Numbered from the stretch's first letter, positions 27,935 through 40,861 are shown. The stretch is DNA of 64,000 nt from Eledone cirrhosa (GCA_964016885.1 OZ024743.1:255254001-255318000); one strand, 5' to 3'. Translations and numbers: made by a program. Notes: generated by a model not told the origin, from the letters alone.

Positions 27935-29220
27935 CCAGACTTGATCAAACGTCTCTACTTCACACGCTCCTCAGCCATTTTCTCCCTTCATCAGATGAAA
28001 TTCCAGTGCAAGCCAAGGTGCCTCTGACATAGTCCCGGTACTGCATTTTTGGTTTGTATGGTGGTCACCTTCCTTTGCACCGTTCACCATAGAGAAGTTG
28101 CTTTAGAATACGGTCATCAGAGATCCGGACCATGTGACCACACCACCTCAACCAATGCTAAAAGATCTTGCTCTCTGTACTCATGCATCTGCTCCATTCG
28201 AGAACTACCAAATCACTGACGAACACTTTCCATCGCACCCCAAGTATCTTACGAAGAGATTGTTGGTGAAACCTCTCTAGTTCCTTGAGGTGCTTTCTGT
28301 ATCTGACCCACGTTTCACAAGCATAAAGCAAAGAGAGGACAACACAAGTCAGATACAATTTTACCTTGGTTTCAATGGTGATACCTTGTCTGGACCAAAA
28401 ACGCTCATTCAGCCGTCCAAATGTATCACTGGCTTTCTTGATTCTTAAGGATATCTCATCACCACATGTGCATGAATTGTTCAATGTACACCAAGATAAA
28501 CAAACTTGTCAGCAGCTTGTAGCCTCTTTTCATACATGTACACACTTGGTGTAATGTATTCCTTCCCAGATGCTGGCTGGTACATCACAACAGTATTTTC
28601 CAAAGATTTGACAATATATTGCACTTCCAATCATAGCAGTTTTTTAAAAACCATTATTATCCACTAATATATTCAAACTAATGTTTATATCTTGCTCGTT
28701 ATAGTTACAATGTTTCAGTTGTTTTATCCTCTGGTCTTCTTTAGCTGTCTGTCTTAATCAGTTTAACATCATTATAGTGAGGTCCAAAGTGCTGCAAGCT
28801 TCAGAAAAAGAGTTCATAATATGCTGCATGTCACTTTGGGAGTGTGCAAAAAGATCACCGACATCTACATACAAAGACTCTCGGATTATAGATGTTAATA
28901 CCTTAGTTCTTGCACCAAAGTTGCTGATGTTGCACAACCTTCCTGAAGTGTGATACCTGATGTAAATTCCATGTGAATAATCTTTTTTGAAACAGGCCAT
29001 GAAAAACACTATTATAAGATATAAGGAAAACAAAGTTGGAGATGGAATGTCCCCTTGCTTCACTCCATTTTCAACTGATATTGTTTCAGAGATGCTGCCA
29101 CCAATACTGACCCAAGCCATAATGTCATTGTGTAAAAGACAGAATTTTCACAAACTTTAGAGGGTAGCCAAGCTTTTCCAAAATTTTCCACAACGCAGTT
29201 TGATTGTCAGCGTCAAAGGC
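27935..29220 (-). mobile_element. RTE/BovB-like LINE RT remnant
   Basis: NGVKQGDIPSPTLFSLYL, LYVDVGDL (decayed YADD), DEISLRIKKASDTFGRL, LLYACETW, LERFHQQSLRKIL. Confidence 0.85.
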
Positions 29221-32202
29221 CTTTGCCAGTGTGTCGGCCCATATTTGCTTTTAATAGTGAGAGATAGGGAGAGCAGGAGGGACCTGATGTATATGTATAT
29301 ATTTGTTCAACATACCACATATATATACATATATACACATATACATACACATATAATCTGAGATAATCACTATGAAGTAACTGAAAGTTTCTGTAGTTGA
29401 AATTTTTCATACCTTCATATACTGAAAGATTTTATTTATAGTTAGCAGATCTTTGACAATATATTGCACTTCCAATCATAGCAGTTTTTAAAAAACCATT
29501 ATTATCCACTAATATATTCAAACTAATGTTTATATCTTGCTCGTTATAGTCACAATGTTTCAGTTGTTTTATCCTCTGGTCTTCTTTAGCTGTCTGCCTT
29601 AATCAGTTTAACGACATTATACACAGATATAAACTACTGCTGTCCTCAGCTTGTTTTTTTTTAGTCATGACATTTTGGTTGTTGTATCTTCCAGCTGTCT
29701 TTAGGTTTCTGCTGTATTAAATAATGCTGTTATGATTTTGAACAGCAGAATAAAATGAATGATGTTCTCTGTCGTTGGACCAAAAGTGGCACTAGTAATC
29801 AAAAAGTTATCATTTCATTATTATGCATTATTTTATTTAGTGAATACATAAAACAGCTATTCAGTTTTGAAATGATAGTTTGAGTTTTGGTCCACCTTGT
29901 ATATCACTCACATACTGACTTAATCTGTGAAGACCTGTCCAACCCTTGCTAGCAGAGAAAGTAAACATTAAATGATGGTAATAATATAGGAAAGAATAAA
30001 AACAATGGGCATAAAAATGCTGATGGTAATGTTGATGACAATGAAGATGAAAGTTGTGATTGTGGTGGTGAGGGTGGTGGTTGTAGTGGTGATGACAGTA
30101 TTGCTGATGAAAATGGTGTTGGTAAGGGTGAAAATGCCATTGAAAAGGATGATGGTGGAGTGTGTGTTGGGAGGTTACATTAGTGCTAGTGAGGGTGATA
30201 TTCATTATGGTGATGATTACACTATAGAAACATATTTAAAAAAGGTCTGGTACTGTTCCCCATACGTGCATTTTACCATTAATGGCAGCATTCTGTTACA
30301 TTAACAACACTGACTAATTGATGAATGGATGGGGTGGGGATATATTTTATGTAAAAGTTCAGCTTTAAATATGACATAATTGGTTATGATTAACCTATCT
30401 CAAGTAATTTAACGAACTGTATATTTCTTAGGCCTAACATACAATGGCAGTACCTCAGCATGGCCAAAGCAGAGGTTAACAAGTAAAATAGTATTTGTTA
30501 ATAGTATCAAAGTAGCATGATTTACCAAATTTCTTTCTTTAGAAAAAACGAAAACTAAAATAAAAAATTTAAAAAAAGGTTATTGGTTCATTTTAAAACT
30601 CAAATTTTTATATTCAGTTGGTTCCAGTACTTAACATTTCTTTACTATAGGGAATAAGAAATATAATATTAAAAGATGGGTTGGATTAAGTCCTTTTGAG
30701 GCACCAAACACTTAAAAAATATGGCACATGTGTTCTCCCTCTCAATTATAAAGTCTGGAAACAAAATCTCTTTACATATAAAAAAAAGAAAAAAACATTC
30801 AATTTGAATAAAATGGTGCCCCTCTTCTACCGACACCTTGAGAATTTGATTATTTTTCTTAATACTTAACCCTTTACCATTTAAATTGGCCATATCCAGC
30901 CAAAATTCTTTCACCTCTTTCTGTTCAAACTGGCTGTAACTGTCCACTCATACCAATGTTAAGGTATTGTTATCTAAATAAATAATATCAAAATCTCATA
31001 GATTTGATATTAAATGAGATAATTATGTGAGATAAAGTGTTTACAGTAAAAATATAATAGTAAATATAGAGTAATGTAATTGCTAAAGGGTTAATCCAGG
31101 CATGACTAACATTGAAATTGAATGTCCTTTACTTCTGCCTTAAATATAGAAAAATTGATATTGATAGTACTATAAATCATGACATACAAGCCAATGGCTT
31201 AAGATGAAAGCATTTCTTCAAAATTAGGGGGTCGATTTATGGGAAGAGGTAGAATGACATTCTTTACTGATAAGGGACAAATAATTTTCACAATTATCCA
31301 TATGGGGTTAATGGTACCATTGATTGTTTACATCCCTGATGCAAATGACTAGGGGTAGCAGTAAGGAAGGCTTGCATAAGTAGTTTGGTGTGCAACTATG
31401 TTTTACTATACAATCTGTAGTATGTATATAATGGTACTAATTCATGGGTTATCTCTAGAGCAGACTTAAATTATTACAGCATATTAAAGCATTTTGTAAA
31501 TGTGCTACCAATGTTTTAAAATTATATACATTGCACATGTTATAATCAATACTTAGAATATTTTTAGGGGAACTAACAATGAGAACAACCTCAATCGACA
31601 CTGTCATATGTTTTGGGATTGATTATACAATAGGTATAGGTCTAATACAGAGGTTTCAGCTAATACTCCTCTGCCTAGGTGGACTAATATATTACAATTT
31701 ACAGTAATAGTAATATTAATATTAACCTGTAATGATTAGGCAAAACATATCTAAAACATGTTTATTAATTCAAATGTTTATAGTAACTTTACCAGTAGAT
31801 AAATTGTTGTGAACATTTTCCGTATTAGAATAAAGAAGTCAATTTATTTTAATATGATTCAATCATATTCCTGTTTTCTACTTTTGAAGAATATCTTGCT
31901 ACTGTGGCTTCATGTGGTACAGAACATTAAAAGTTAACTATAATTAAGATAAAGGCAACTTGGCAGAGTCATTAAAATATTAAATACCTTACAATATTAG
32001 TTTTTAGCTAATGAGTTCAAAGCATGCTAACATCAAATTAGCCTTTCATTCTTTCAGAGTTGATAAATAAAAAAAAAATATCAGGGATGATGGATAAATG
32101 GAATTATCAAAGCATTGGGTGAGATTCACTATAAATGCATGAGTAAGTGTGTGTATGTGTATATATAATGTTATGTGTGTTTGATATATATATACATACT
32201 TA

Positions 32203-32256
<54 letters not shown>

Positions 32257-32317
32257 AATCTTAGACGGGAACAAAACAGAGAGGCAGGACAAATATGAGT
32301 TTATTAGGTTCACGCAT

Positions 32318-33976
32318 TTGAGAGTGGGGATATTTATATATATTAGAGATATGAAGATAGGGAAGGCAACCGGTCCATCGGGTATAGCTGCCGAGATGCT
32401 GAAGGCATCTGGGTCTGTAGGTCACACTATAACCACACGTATCGTTAACCAGGTAATACTAGAAGGGGCCATACCAAAAGATTGGTACAGTAGCATCATT
32501 GTCAACTGCTACAAAGGTAAAGGCGATGCACTAGATAGAGGAAACTATAGAGGTATAAAGTTGATGGACCGGGTCATGAAAGTAACAGAAAGAGTTATAG
32601 CACAGCTGATTAGGGACCGGGTGAATATAGACGAGATGCAATTTGGGTTTGTACCAGGGAAAGGCACCACTGATGCCCTCTTCCTTGTGAGGCAATTACA
32701 GGAAAAGTACCTAGCTAAAAGTAAGCCACTCTACTTGGCATTTGTCGACCTTGAGAAAGTCTTTGACAGAGTTCCACGTGCAGTAATCTGGTGGGCTCTT
32801 AGAAAACTAGGAGTAGATGAATGGCTTGTGAAAGCGGTACAAGCCATGTATAGGGGAGCAGTCAGCAAAGTTAGGATTGGCAATGAGTATAGCGAGGAAT
32901 TTAGCGTACAGGTTGGGGTCCACCAGGGCTCTGTTCTTAGCCCTCTCCTGTTCATCATAGTCCTGCAGGCAATAACGGAGGAGTTTAAGACCGGATGCCC
33001 ATGGGAACTCCTGTATGCTGATGACCTCGCACTCATAGCTGAATCTATGGTAGAACTAGAGAATAAATTCCAAACCTGGAAGCAGGGACTAGAGAGAAAG
33101 GGCCTCAAAGTCAACATGACAAAGACTAAGGTCCTTGTAAGTAGACGAGAAAACAGAACCCAGATCCCCTCAGGGAAATGGCCTTGCTCAGTATGTAGGA
33201 AAGGTGTAGGTAGGAACTCCATTCTCTGCCTCAAATGCAAACAATGGGTACACAAGAGATGTAGCGGGATCTCAGGAAGCTTAATTAAGAATGTAGGATT
33301 CACATGCAGCAGCTGTGCTGAAACAGCAAGCAAACAGCCACAGGAAACAAGTACCACCAATCTCTGGGAGGGCCCTGTAGAAACAGTAGACAGCTTCTGC
33401 TACCTAGGTGACCGAATTAGCAACGGAGGTGGGTGCTCAGAAAGTACAATAACTAGGGTAAGAACGGGATGGAAGAAGTTTAGGGAACTACTACCACTGC
33501 TAGCTGCAAAAGGCTTCTCCCTCAGAATGAAAGGCAGACTGTATGATGCGTGTATCCGAACAGCGATGTTGCATGGTAGTGAGACCTGGGCGCTGAAGGT
33601 GGAAGACTTACGTAGATTAGAGAGAAACGAAGCCTGCATGCTCCGATGGATGTGTAACAGTAATATACGTGAACGACAAAGTATAAAGGAATTGAGAGTG
33701 AGACTGAGCATAAGAGGAATCAAATGCTGCGTGCAGGAGAGGCGGTTACGCTGGTATGGACACGTGATGCGTATGAAGGATGACAGCTGCATAAAAAGGT
33801 GCAGAGCACTAGAAGTTGATGGAAACCGCGGAGTGGGGAGACCCAAGATGACTTGGGATGAGGTGATAAAAGCCGACCTTACCCAACTACACCTCTCAAA
33901 GTCAATGACACACGACCGTGACTTCTGGCGTCACGCAGTAATACAGGGTACCCGACCTCCCATGGGTACATGCTGA
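32318..33976 (+). CDS. RTE retrotransposon reverse transcriptase (partial ORF, no endonuclease) with a PHD-like zinc finger
   Basis: Motifs [40 protein letters not shown]; CSVC..CLKC..VHKRC..CSSC; the first ~9 aa derive from flanking DNA. Confidence 0.9.
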   Translation: MRVGIFIYIRDMKIGKATGPSGIAAEMLKASGSVGHTITTRIVNQVILEGAIPKDWYSSIIVNCYKGKGDALDRGNYRGIKLMDRVMKVTERVIAQLIRDRVNIDEMQFGFVPGKGTTDALFLVRQLQEKYLAKSKPLYLAFVDLEKVFDRVPRAVIWWALRKLGVDEWLVKAVQAMYRGAVSKVRIGNEYSEEFSVQVGVHQGSVLSPLLFIIVLQAITEEFKTGCPWELLYADDLALIAESMVELENKFQTWKQGLERKGLKVNMTKTKVLVSRRENRTQIPSGKWPCSVCRKGVGRNSILCLKCKQWVHKRCSGISGSLIKNVGFTCSSCAETASKQPQETSTTNLWEGPVETVDSFCYLGDRISNGGGCSESTITRVRTGWKKFRELLPLLAAKGFSLRMKGRLYDACIRTAMLHGSETWALKVEDLRRLERNEACMLRWMCNSNIRERQSIKELRVRLSIRGIKCCVQERRLRWYGHVMRMKDDSCIKRCRALEVDGNRGVGRPKMTWDEVIKADLTQLHLSKSMTHDRDFWRHAVIQGTRPPMGTC

Positions 33977-34265
33977 AGCATATAAACAATATGCCCCCCC
34001 CCCCCCCACCGCAAGGTGGCCGTGGAGGTGCCACGGCAAAAAAGCACCCAGCCCACACTATAAAGTGGACGTGTAGGCACCACGAAAAAGCACCCAGCAC
34101 TCACTGTAAATGAGGTTGGTGTTAGGAAGGGCATCCAGCTGTAGAAATCAAGCCAGATCAGTTCCTGTATGAGCAAGGCATGGTCAGCCGACCAGACACT
34201 GCCCACAACAGGACAACCCGTCTAACCCATGCTAGCGTGGAAGAACGGACGTAAAACGGTGATGA

Positions 34266-34268
<3 letters not shown>
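32345..34268 (+). mobile_element. 5'-truncated RTE LINE (family A) with uninterrupted RT
   Basis: Starts at a TA tract; RT ORF, 3' UTR and (GAT)n tail running into (TA)n. Confidence 0.95.
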
Positions 34269-34309
<41 letters not shown>

Positions 34310-34515
34310 CGTATCTGAATTTGTTTAGCAAGATTCTTTATCTGAAAACTTGTGTTGAAACCGATATTGTTATACTTTGGGAGGGTCATGTTGCCAATGA
34401 GAAACACACGCACCAGTTGCTTTCACTTCAATTTATTATAAATTAAATTTATAAATTTAGGAATTTATAAATTTCCGGTTGGTTGGTTCCACAACCAGAT
34501 GATTGTTCATATATT

Positions 34516-34558
34516 GTCAAAGTTCTTTCGTCACACATTCTGTGACCTCTTCAGTGAC
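34516..34558 (-). ncRNA. Minimal hammerhead ribozyme (left arm)
   Basis: gtca-CTGAAGA-g-gtcaca-gaatg-tgtgac-GAAA-GAAC-TT-tgac. Confidence 0.7.
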
Positions 34559-34752
34559 TAGGGATTCTTTTCTTTTTTTTGTGCTTCTCCTTTGTTCTGT
34601 CCTACGCCATCTTGATTTTGTGTGTGTTGTGTGCTTACTTGGCGCATGTGTTACATTTGGGTGTCTGTGTGTGTTTATATTTGTTTATTTATTTGTTTAT
34701 TTACATGTTACTGGTTGGTTGTTTGTTCTATGTGTGAGTTTTCATTTTGTCC

Positions 34753-35151
34753 TTAATTGTAAGTTGTGATGTTGCTGTTCCATTCATGTTTTCTATTTAA
34801 TTTTGGTTTGAGTTCATTTATGTTTATTGCCTCTGTGATTTGTCTAAACATTGCATCTTTTCTGTGTGTAGATTCTATTTTTATTTCTATGTTCTCTAAT
34901 TTACCCTTATGTTCTATTTTAGCATGTTGGTGGTGTACAGATGATTCTTTACTATCTTGAAGCTCTCGCCAGTGTTCATTTATCCGCTCCCCTATACTAT
35001 GAGTTGTCTCACCTATGTACACTATATTCTTATCTCTACATTGTCCTTCAGTACATATTATGCTATATACTACATTTCTAGTTTTACAGTTAATATGGGG
35101 GCTTAATTTACAGATTATACACTTCTTATCTATACAGGGAAGTCTTTTCAA
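34753..35151 (-). pseudogene. Penelope-type GIY-YIG endonuclease fragment (mirror copy ~35155-35559 on +, with a TGA stop)
   Basis: CKTRNVVYSIIC...C...YIGET...ERINEH...H...RQITEAININELKPKLN. Confidence 0.9.
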
Positions 35152-35758
35152 AGACGTCCCTGTATAGATAAGAAATGTATAGATAAGAAATGTATAATCT
35201 GTAAATTAAGCCCCCATATTAACTGTAAAACTAGAAATGTGGTATATAGCATAAGATGTACTGAAGGACAATGTAGAGATAAGAATTTAGTGTACATAGG
35301 TGAGACAGCTCGTAGTATAGGGGAGCGGATAAATGAACACTGGTGAGAGCTTCAAGATAGTAAAGAATCATCTGTACTCCACCAACATGCTAACATAGAA
35401 CATAAGGGTAAATTAGAGAACATAGAAATAAAAATAGAATCTACACACAGAAAAGATGCAATGTTTAGACAAATCACAGAGGCAATAAACATAAATAAAC
35501 TCAAACCAAAATTAAATAGAAAACATGAATGGAACAGCAACATCACAACTTACAATTAAGGACAAAATGAAAACACACACACACATAGAACAAACAACCA
35601 ACCAGTAATATGTAAATAAACAAATAAATAAACAAATATAAACACACACAGACACCCGGATGTAACACATGCGCAAACTAAGCACACAACACACACAAAA
35701 TCAAGATGGCGTAGGACAGAACAAAGGAGAGGCACACAAACAAAGAAAAGAATCCCCA

Positions 35759-35801
35759 GTCTCTGAAGAGGTCACAGAATGTGTGACGAAAGAACTTTGA
35801 C
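35759..35801 (+). ncRNA. Minimal hammerhead ribozyme (right arm, one stem-I mismatch)
   Basis: gtct-CTGAAGA-g-gtcaca-gaatg-tgtgac-GAAA-GAAC-TT-tgac. Confidence 0.65.
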
Positions 35802-35938
35802 AATATATGAACAATCATCTGGTTGTGGAACCAACCAACCGGAAATTTATAAATTCCTAAATTTATAAATTTAATTTATAATAAATTAAGCAACTGGTGC
35901 GTGTGTTTCTTATTGGCAACATGACCCTCCCAAAGTAT

Positions 35939-35969
<31 letters not shown>

Positions 35970-35970
<1 letters not shown>

Positions 35971-36325
35971 CATCATCATCATCATCAACGTTTAACGTCC
36001 GTGTTCCACGCTTGCATGGGTTTGGACGGGAGTATTCCAACTTGAGGCAAGAGTGATTGTCTTGCTCGCATAGGACTGTCTGGCAGGTTTTCTACAGTTG
36101 GATGCCCTTCCTAACACCAACCACATTTACAGTGTGGGACTGGGAGGTTTTTACCATGGTGCCTACACGGCCACATTACAGCGTGGACTGTGTGTTTTTT
36201 TTGTCATGACACCTACACGATCTCATTTGTTTCGGCCTGGATGTTGTGGCACCAACATAACTTTACATAGGAGGGGGTGGTGTGGATGGGGGTGGTGGGA
36301 CGGGGTTGTTAGAGATGCCTACTGG
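35970..36325 (-). mobile_element. RTE family A 3' UTR fragment
   Basis: Closely similar to 9796-10145. Confidence 0.8.
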
Positions 36326-36328
36326 CTG

Positions 36329-36380
<52 letters not shown>

Positions 36381-36495
36381 AATATATAATATACATATAT
36401 AGAATATATATATATAATGTATGTATGTTTTTGTTTTTTTTGTGACCATATATATATAATATATATATAACATATGTATGTATGTTTTTTTTTTA

Positions 36496-38821
36496 TGACC
36501 ATGCTGTAAAATGGAGTGGTAGAGAGGGCCCTTGAGTCTAGTAAGACATCCTCTCTAGTGCTGGTGGCACAAATAAAAGGACCCAGTCCATGCTGTAAAT
36601 TGGCGCTGGTGTTAGGAAGGGCATCCAACCAGTTTATCAATGCCAAAACGCTTATCAGCACAGCAACAAATAGATAGGAACAACAACAAAATATGAAGAC
36701 GTCGCATCTCAGAGTTGCAACACTTAATGTTGGCACTCTCAGAGGTAGGTCTGCTGAAATAGCGGAGATGCTGGAGAGAAGAAATGTGGATGTGTGCTGC
36801 ATGCAAGAGGTGAGATGGAGAGGTGCCTCTACGAGACTAGTCGTAGGCAAATCTCTTAGCTATAAGCTTTTCTGGGTAGGTAAGTGTGAGGGGGAGTAGG
36901 CATTTTCCTGGCTGAGGGATGGATCAATAAGACAATAGAGGTAGTTAGAGTTAGTAATCGAATAATTAACCTTAGATTAGTTGTAGGCAGGAGACTACTG
37001 ACAATCATCTCTGCCTATGCTCCCCAAGCAGGCCTAGGCAAAGATGAGAAAGACTGCTTTTATGAGCAACTTTTACAAACAACCACAATGACAGAGGACG
37101 GAGACATCGTTATGCTAGCAGGAGACTTCAATGGTCATGTTGGACAGCTCCAGGATGGTTACACTGGGGTACATGGTGGGCACAGTTACAGCTCAAGAAA
37201 TGAAGAAGGAGTGAGACTTCTTGAATTTTGTGATGCAACTACACTGACTACTTGCAACACAAACTTCCAGACACCTGCCAATCACCTAATAACCTAGAAA
37301 TCTGGCGAGCACATAAACCAGATTGACTTCTTACTAGTTAGGCAATGGGACAAGCAGATAGTGTCAAATACCAAGGTATACCCTGGAGAAGAATGTACCC
37401 CACAGCATAGGTTAGTCATTAGTGATATCTCAGTAAGCAAGAGATGGAATGAGACATACAGGAAGGTGTGGAGAAGAAAGGTCTGGGAGCTAAAAGACCT
37501 TTCACTTAAATACAAATTTAGGAAAGCCCTTCAAGATGTGTATGACGAAAAAGAAGACGATTTAGAGACGTATGACATAGATAATAACTGGAATTTCTTA
37601 CGTGAAACTTACTGAAGGCTACTGATGAAACTTGTGGCTGGAGCAGAGCTCCAACCAGACAGAGAGTGACCTGGTGGTGGAACAGCACAGTAGATAAGGC
37701 CATTAGAGATAAAAGACTAGCATGGAAGGCTTGGAAAAAGGGTGGAAGTAGGGAAGAACATACAGCCACTAAGAGAGAAGCTAGACATCAGGTGTACTTA
37801 GCACGCAGGGAGGCTGAGAGTAGGAGGTTTGCCAATGTTCTGCGATGGGAATATCAGAGGCGTGCGGTGTCCCACATTGCAAGGCAGTGTGTCAATGCAA
37901 ATCAGGATGTTTTTGGAGATAAATGTGTCCGGGATGGTGCCGGTGTACTTAGTGTCACGAATGATCAGAAAATGGAGGCTTGGAAATGTCATTATGAGAG
38001 ACTGATGAATGTGGAGAACGAATTTGGAGAGAAAGAAATTACCTTCAGTAGATCCGACAGAGGCACCAGCTATTGAGATTGAGGAATATAGGGTCCAAGA
38101 GGCGATTAAGGAAAGGAAAATAGTAAGGCTGCTGGACCATCGGGAATAGTTGCTGAGATGCTGAAGGCATCTGGGGACGTAGGCCCTAAACTGGTTGCAC
38201 GCATCATCAATCAGGCTATATATGGTGGTGTCATACCCAAAAACTGGTGCAGCAGTATTCTCATAAATTGCTACAAATGTAAAGGTGATGCTCTGGAGAG
38301 GAGCAATTATAGGGGTATGAAACTAATTGATCAGGTTATGAAAGTGGCAGAAAGGAGATTAGAACAACTAATTACAGAAAGGTTCAAACTAGATGAGATG
38401 CATACGAAAGGCCGGTTATATGAAGCCTGTGTGAGGAGCGCGATGCTGCATGGTAGTGAGACATGGGCAGCAACTGCAGAGGATATGAAATGGCTGGAGA
38501 GAAATGAGGCAAGCATGCTCCGTTGGATGTGCAGTGTAAATGTGCGTGAACGACCCAGCATGAATGTGTTGAGAGTGAAACTGTGTCTGAGAGGGATAGA
38601 ATGTAGTGTACAGGAGAGGAGACTGAGGTGGTATGGACATGTGATGCGCATGGAGGATGACCGATGGGTGAAGAAGTACCAGGAAATGCCAGTTGAAGGA
38701 AGACGAGGTAGAGGTAGAGGTAGACTCACGGTGGAGATGACGAAGGACCGTGACAAGTGGAGAGATGCTGTGCTGAATAAGACCCATCCCACCCTTGCAA
38801 GCAGGGAAGAGCGGACGTAAA

Positions 38822-38850
<29 letters not shown>
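36496..38850 (+). mobile_element. RTE LINE (family B) with 5' UTR and APE endonuclease; frameshifted, RT core deleted
   Basis: LRVATLNVGTL, CCMQEVRW, SAYAPQ, AGDFNGHVG, QIDF, TPQHRLV; ORF jumps from LDEM to HTKGRLYEAC; (GAT)n tail. Confidence 0.9.
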
Positions 38851-38853
<3 letters not shown>

Positions 38854-39289
38854 TATAAATATATCATCATTTCATCATTTCATCATTTCATTTTACATCC
38901 GCTTTTTCCCTGCTTGCAAGGCTGGGACGGGAACTGATTCTGGATTGATTTCTAAAGCTGGATGCCCTTCCTAATACCAACCTCATTTACAGTGAGTGCT
39001 GGGTGCGTTTTTACCTTGGCACCTCCACGACCACTTTGCAATGGTCCCTATCATCTCATTTCTACAGCTGAGTAAACTGGAGCAATGTGAAATAAAGTGT
39101 CTTGCGCAAGGAAACAACACATTACCCGGTCTGAGAATTGAACTCACAACCTTTCGATTGCAAACCCAATGCTCTAACCACTAAGCCATGTGCCTCCATA
39201 TATATATATATATGATGTCATCATCATCATCATAATTTTACGTCCGCTTTTCCCTGCTTGCAAGGGTGGGACGATATGTATATATAATG

Positions 39290-39322
<33 letters not shown>

Positions 39323-39427
39323 ATTTGTATATATATAATGTATATATATACATATGATACACATCAGTGTGTATACAGATTTATATGTATACACACGTAC
39401 ATATAATATACATGTTTGCATAAATAG

Positions 39428-39501
<74 letters not shown>

Positions 39502-39950
39502 GTATATATATTAAGTTGAGTATATTTTTTTGAGTATATTTCGAATATTTTTCTATTTGGTAATGATATATAAAACCTGCTTCCATTGTAAAAAGTTTTT
39601 CAGGAATCCTTCAGATAGAAAATGTTCTAATTTTCAGGAAATTGTTAGATGTAAACTATATGTAGTAATGTAAAACATGTTTTACTATATAGTAATATAG
39701 TAGTAATGAAAGAAAGTTAAAAGTTTGGTCGGAATTAAAGAATACATGAGTAATGTGTTTGAATGTTGCAAAACTCAAATATTCCAAACAGGAATAATGA
39801 TTGTCTCTTAAAATGTATTGGTATATATATATCATCATCATCATCATTTTACGTCCGATCTTCCCTGCTCGCAATATATATATATATGTGTGTGTGTGTG
39901 CGTGTGTGGTGTGTTTTAGGTAAGCATGTAACTACTTACTTTTATATATA

Positions 39951-40020
39951 TACAGGTTGTCCCCTCACACACTTCAACAGCATTCTAATAAATATGCTAA
40001 TACATCTTTTGGGACACCCT
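39951..40020. mobile_element. Tiny (~70 bp) Tc1/mariner-type MITE; second copy in opposite orientation at 48415-48493
   Basis: TA-caggttgtccc...gggacaccct termini; shared core cacacttcaacagcattctaataaatat. Confidence 0.55.
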
Positions 40021-40082
40021 CATCGTTTAACGTCCGTGGAAGATAGACGTTAAATGATGATGATGATGATGATATATATATT

Positions 40083-40116
<34 letters not shown>

Positions 40117-40132
40117 ATACATACAAGTATAT

Positions 40133-40192
<60 letters not shown>

Positions 40193-40520
40193 CATACAAG
40201 TATATATATATACATATACATACATACAAGTATATATGTATATATATACATACTACATGAAGTAGTGTAAAGTTCACTATGTATTCAATGTCATCTTAAC
40301 AAACTATATTTTTTCCTCAAAATGTTTTCCCCACTTTTCATGTCACTGATTGACTTCCTTAATGGTTAAAGAAATAGTTTTAAAAAAATATAGAAAATTT
40401 AGTTTTTCTTCCATCTTTCCCCTCAAAATATTCTCCATATAACTTTTCTGATTTTCGAGTATTTCTCAGAATATTTAAGAAAAAAATACAATCACAAATT
40501 CCAGCAAGAATTGTTTTTAT

Positions 40521-40700
40521 TCTTCTTCTTCTTCTTCTTCTTCTTCTTCTTCTTCTTCTTCTTCTTCTTCTTCTTCTTCTTCTTCTTCTTCTTCTTCTTC
40601 TTCTTCTTCTTCTTCTTCTTCTTCTTCTTCTTCTTCTTCTTCTTCTTCTTCTTCTTCTTCTTCTTCTTCTTCTTCTTCTTCTTCTCCTTCTTCTTCTTCT
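40521..40700. repeat. Long, near-pure (TTC)n/(GAA)n microsatellite, ~60 units
   Basis: Direct reading. Confidence 0.98.
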
Positions 40701-40791
40701 ATTGATGGTGAATGAGTCATTAAACTTTAAAAAAAACAATAAAAATACACATCCAAAAACAAAACAAAAATAAACACACCTAAAAAGCATG

Positions 40792-40861
<70 letters not shown>

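Larger units (their letters stand above)
34364..35946. mobile_element. ~1.6-kb palindrome made of two head-to-head Penelope-like 3' ends
   Basis: Arms are reverse complements centred at ~35148; each carries a GIY-YIG fragment, UTR and hammerhead. Confidence 0.9.

Noticed and set aside
29861-30304. His-rich and Val/Met-rich ORFs
   Set aside because: Degenerate (GGT/GAT)n low-complexity tract
32731-33846. Long antisense ORFs over the RTE (and similar ones over the Tx1 element)
   Set aside because: Shadow frames of the retroelement coding strand with no recognisable motifs
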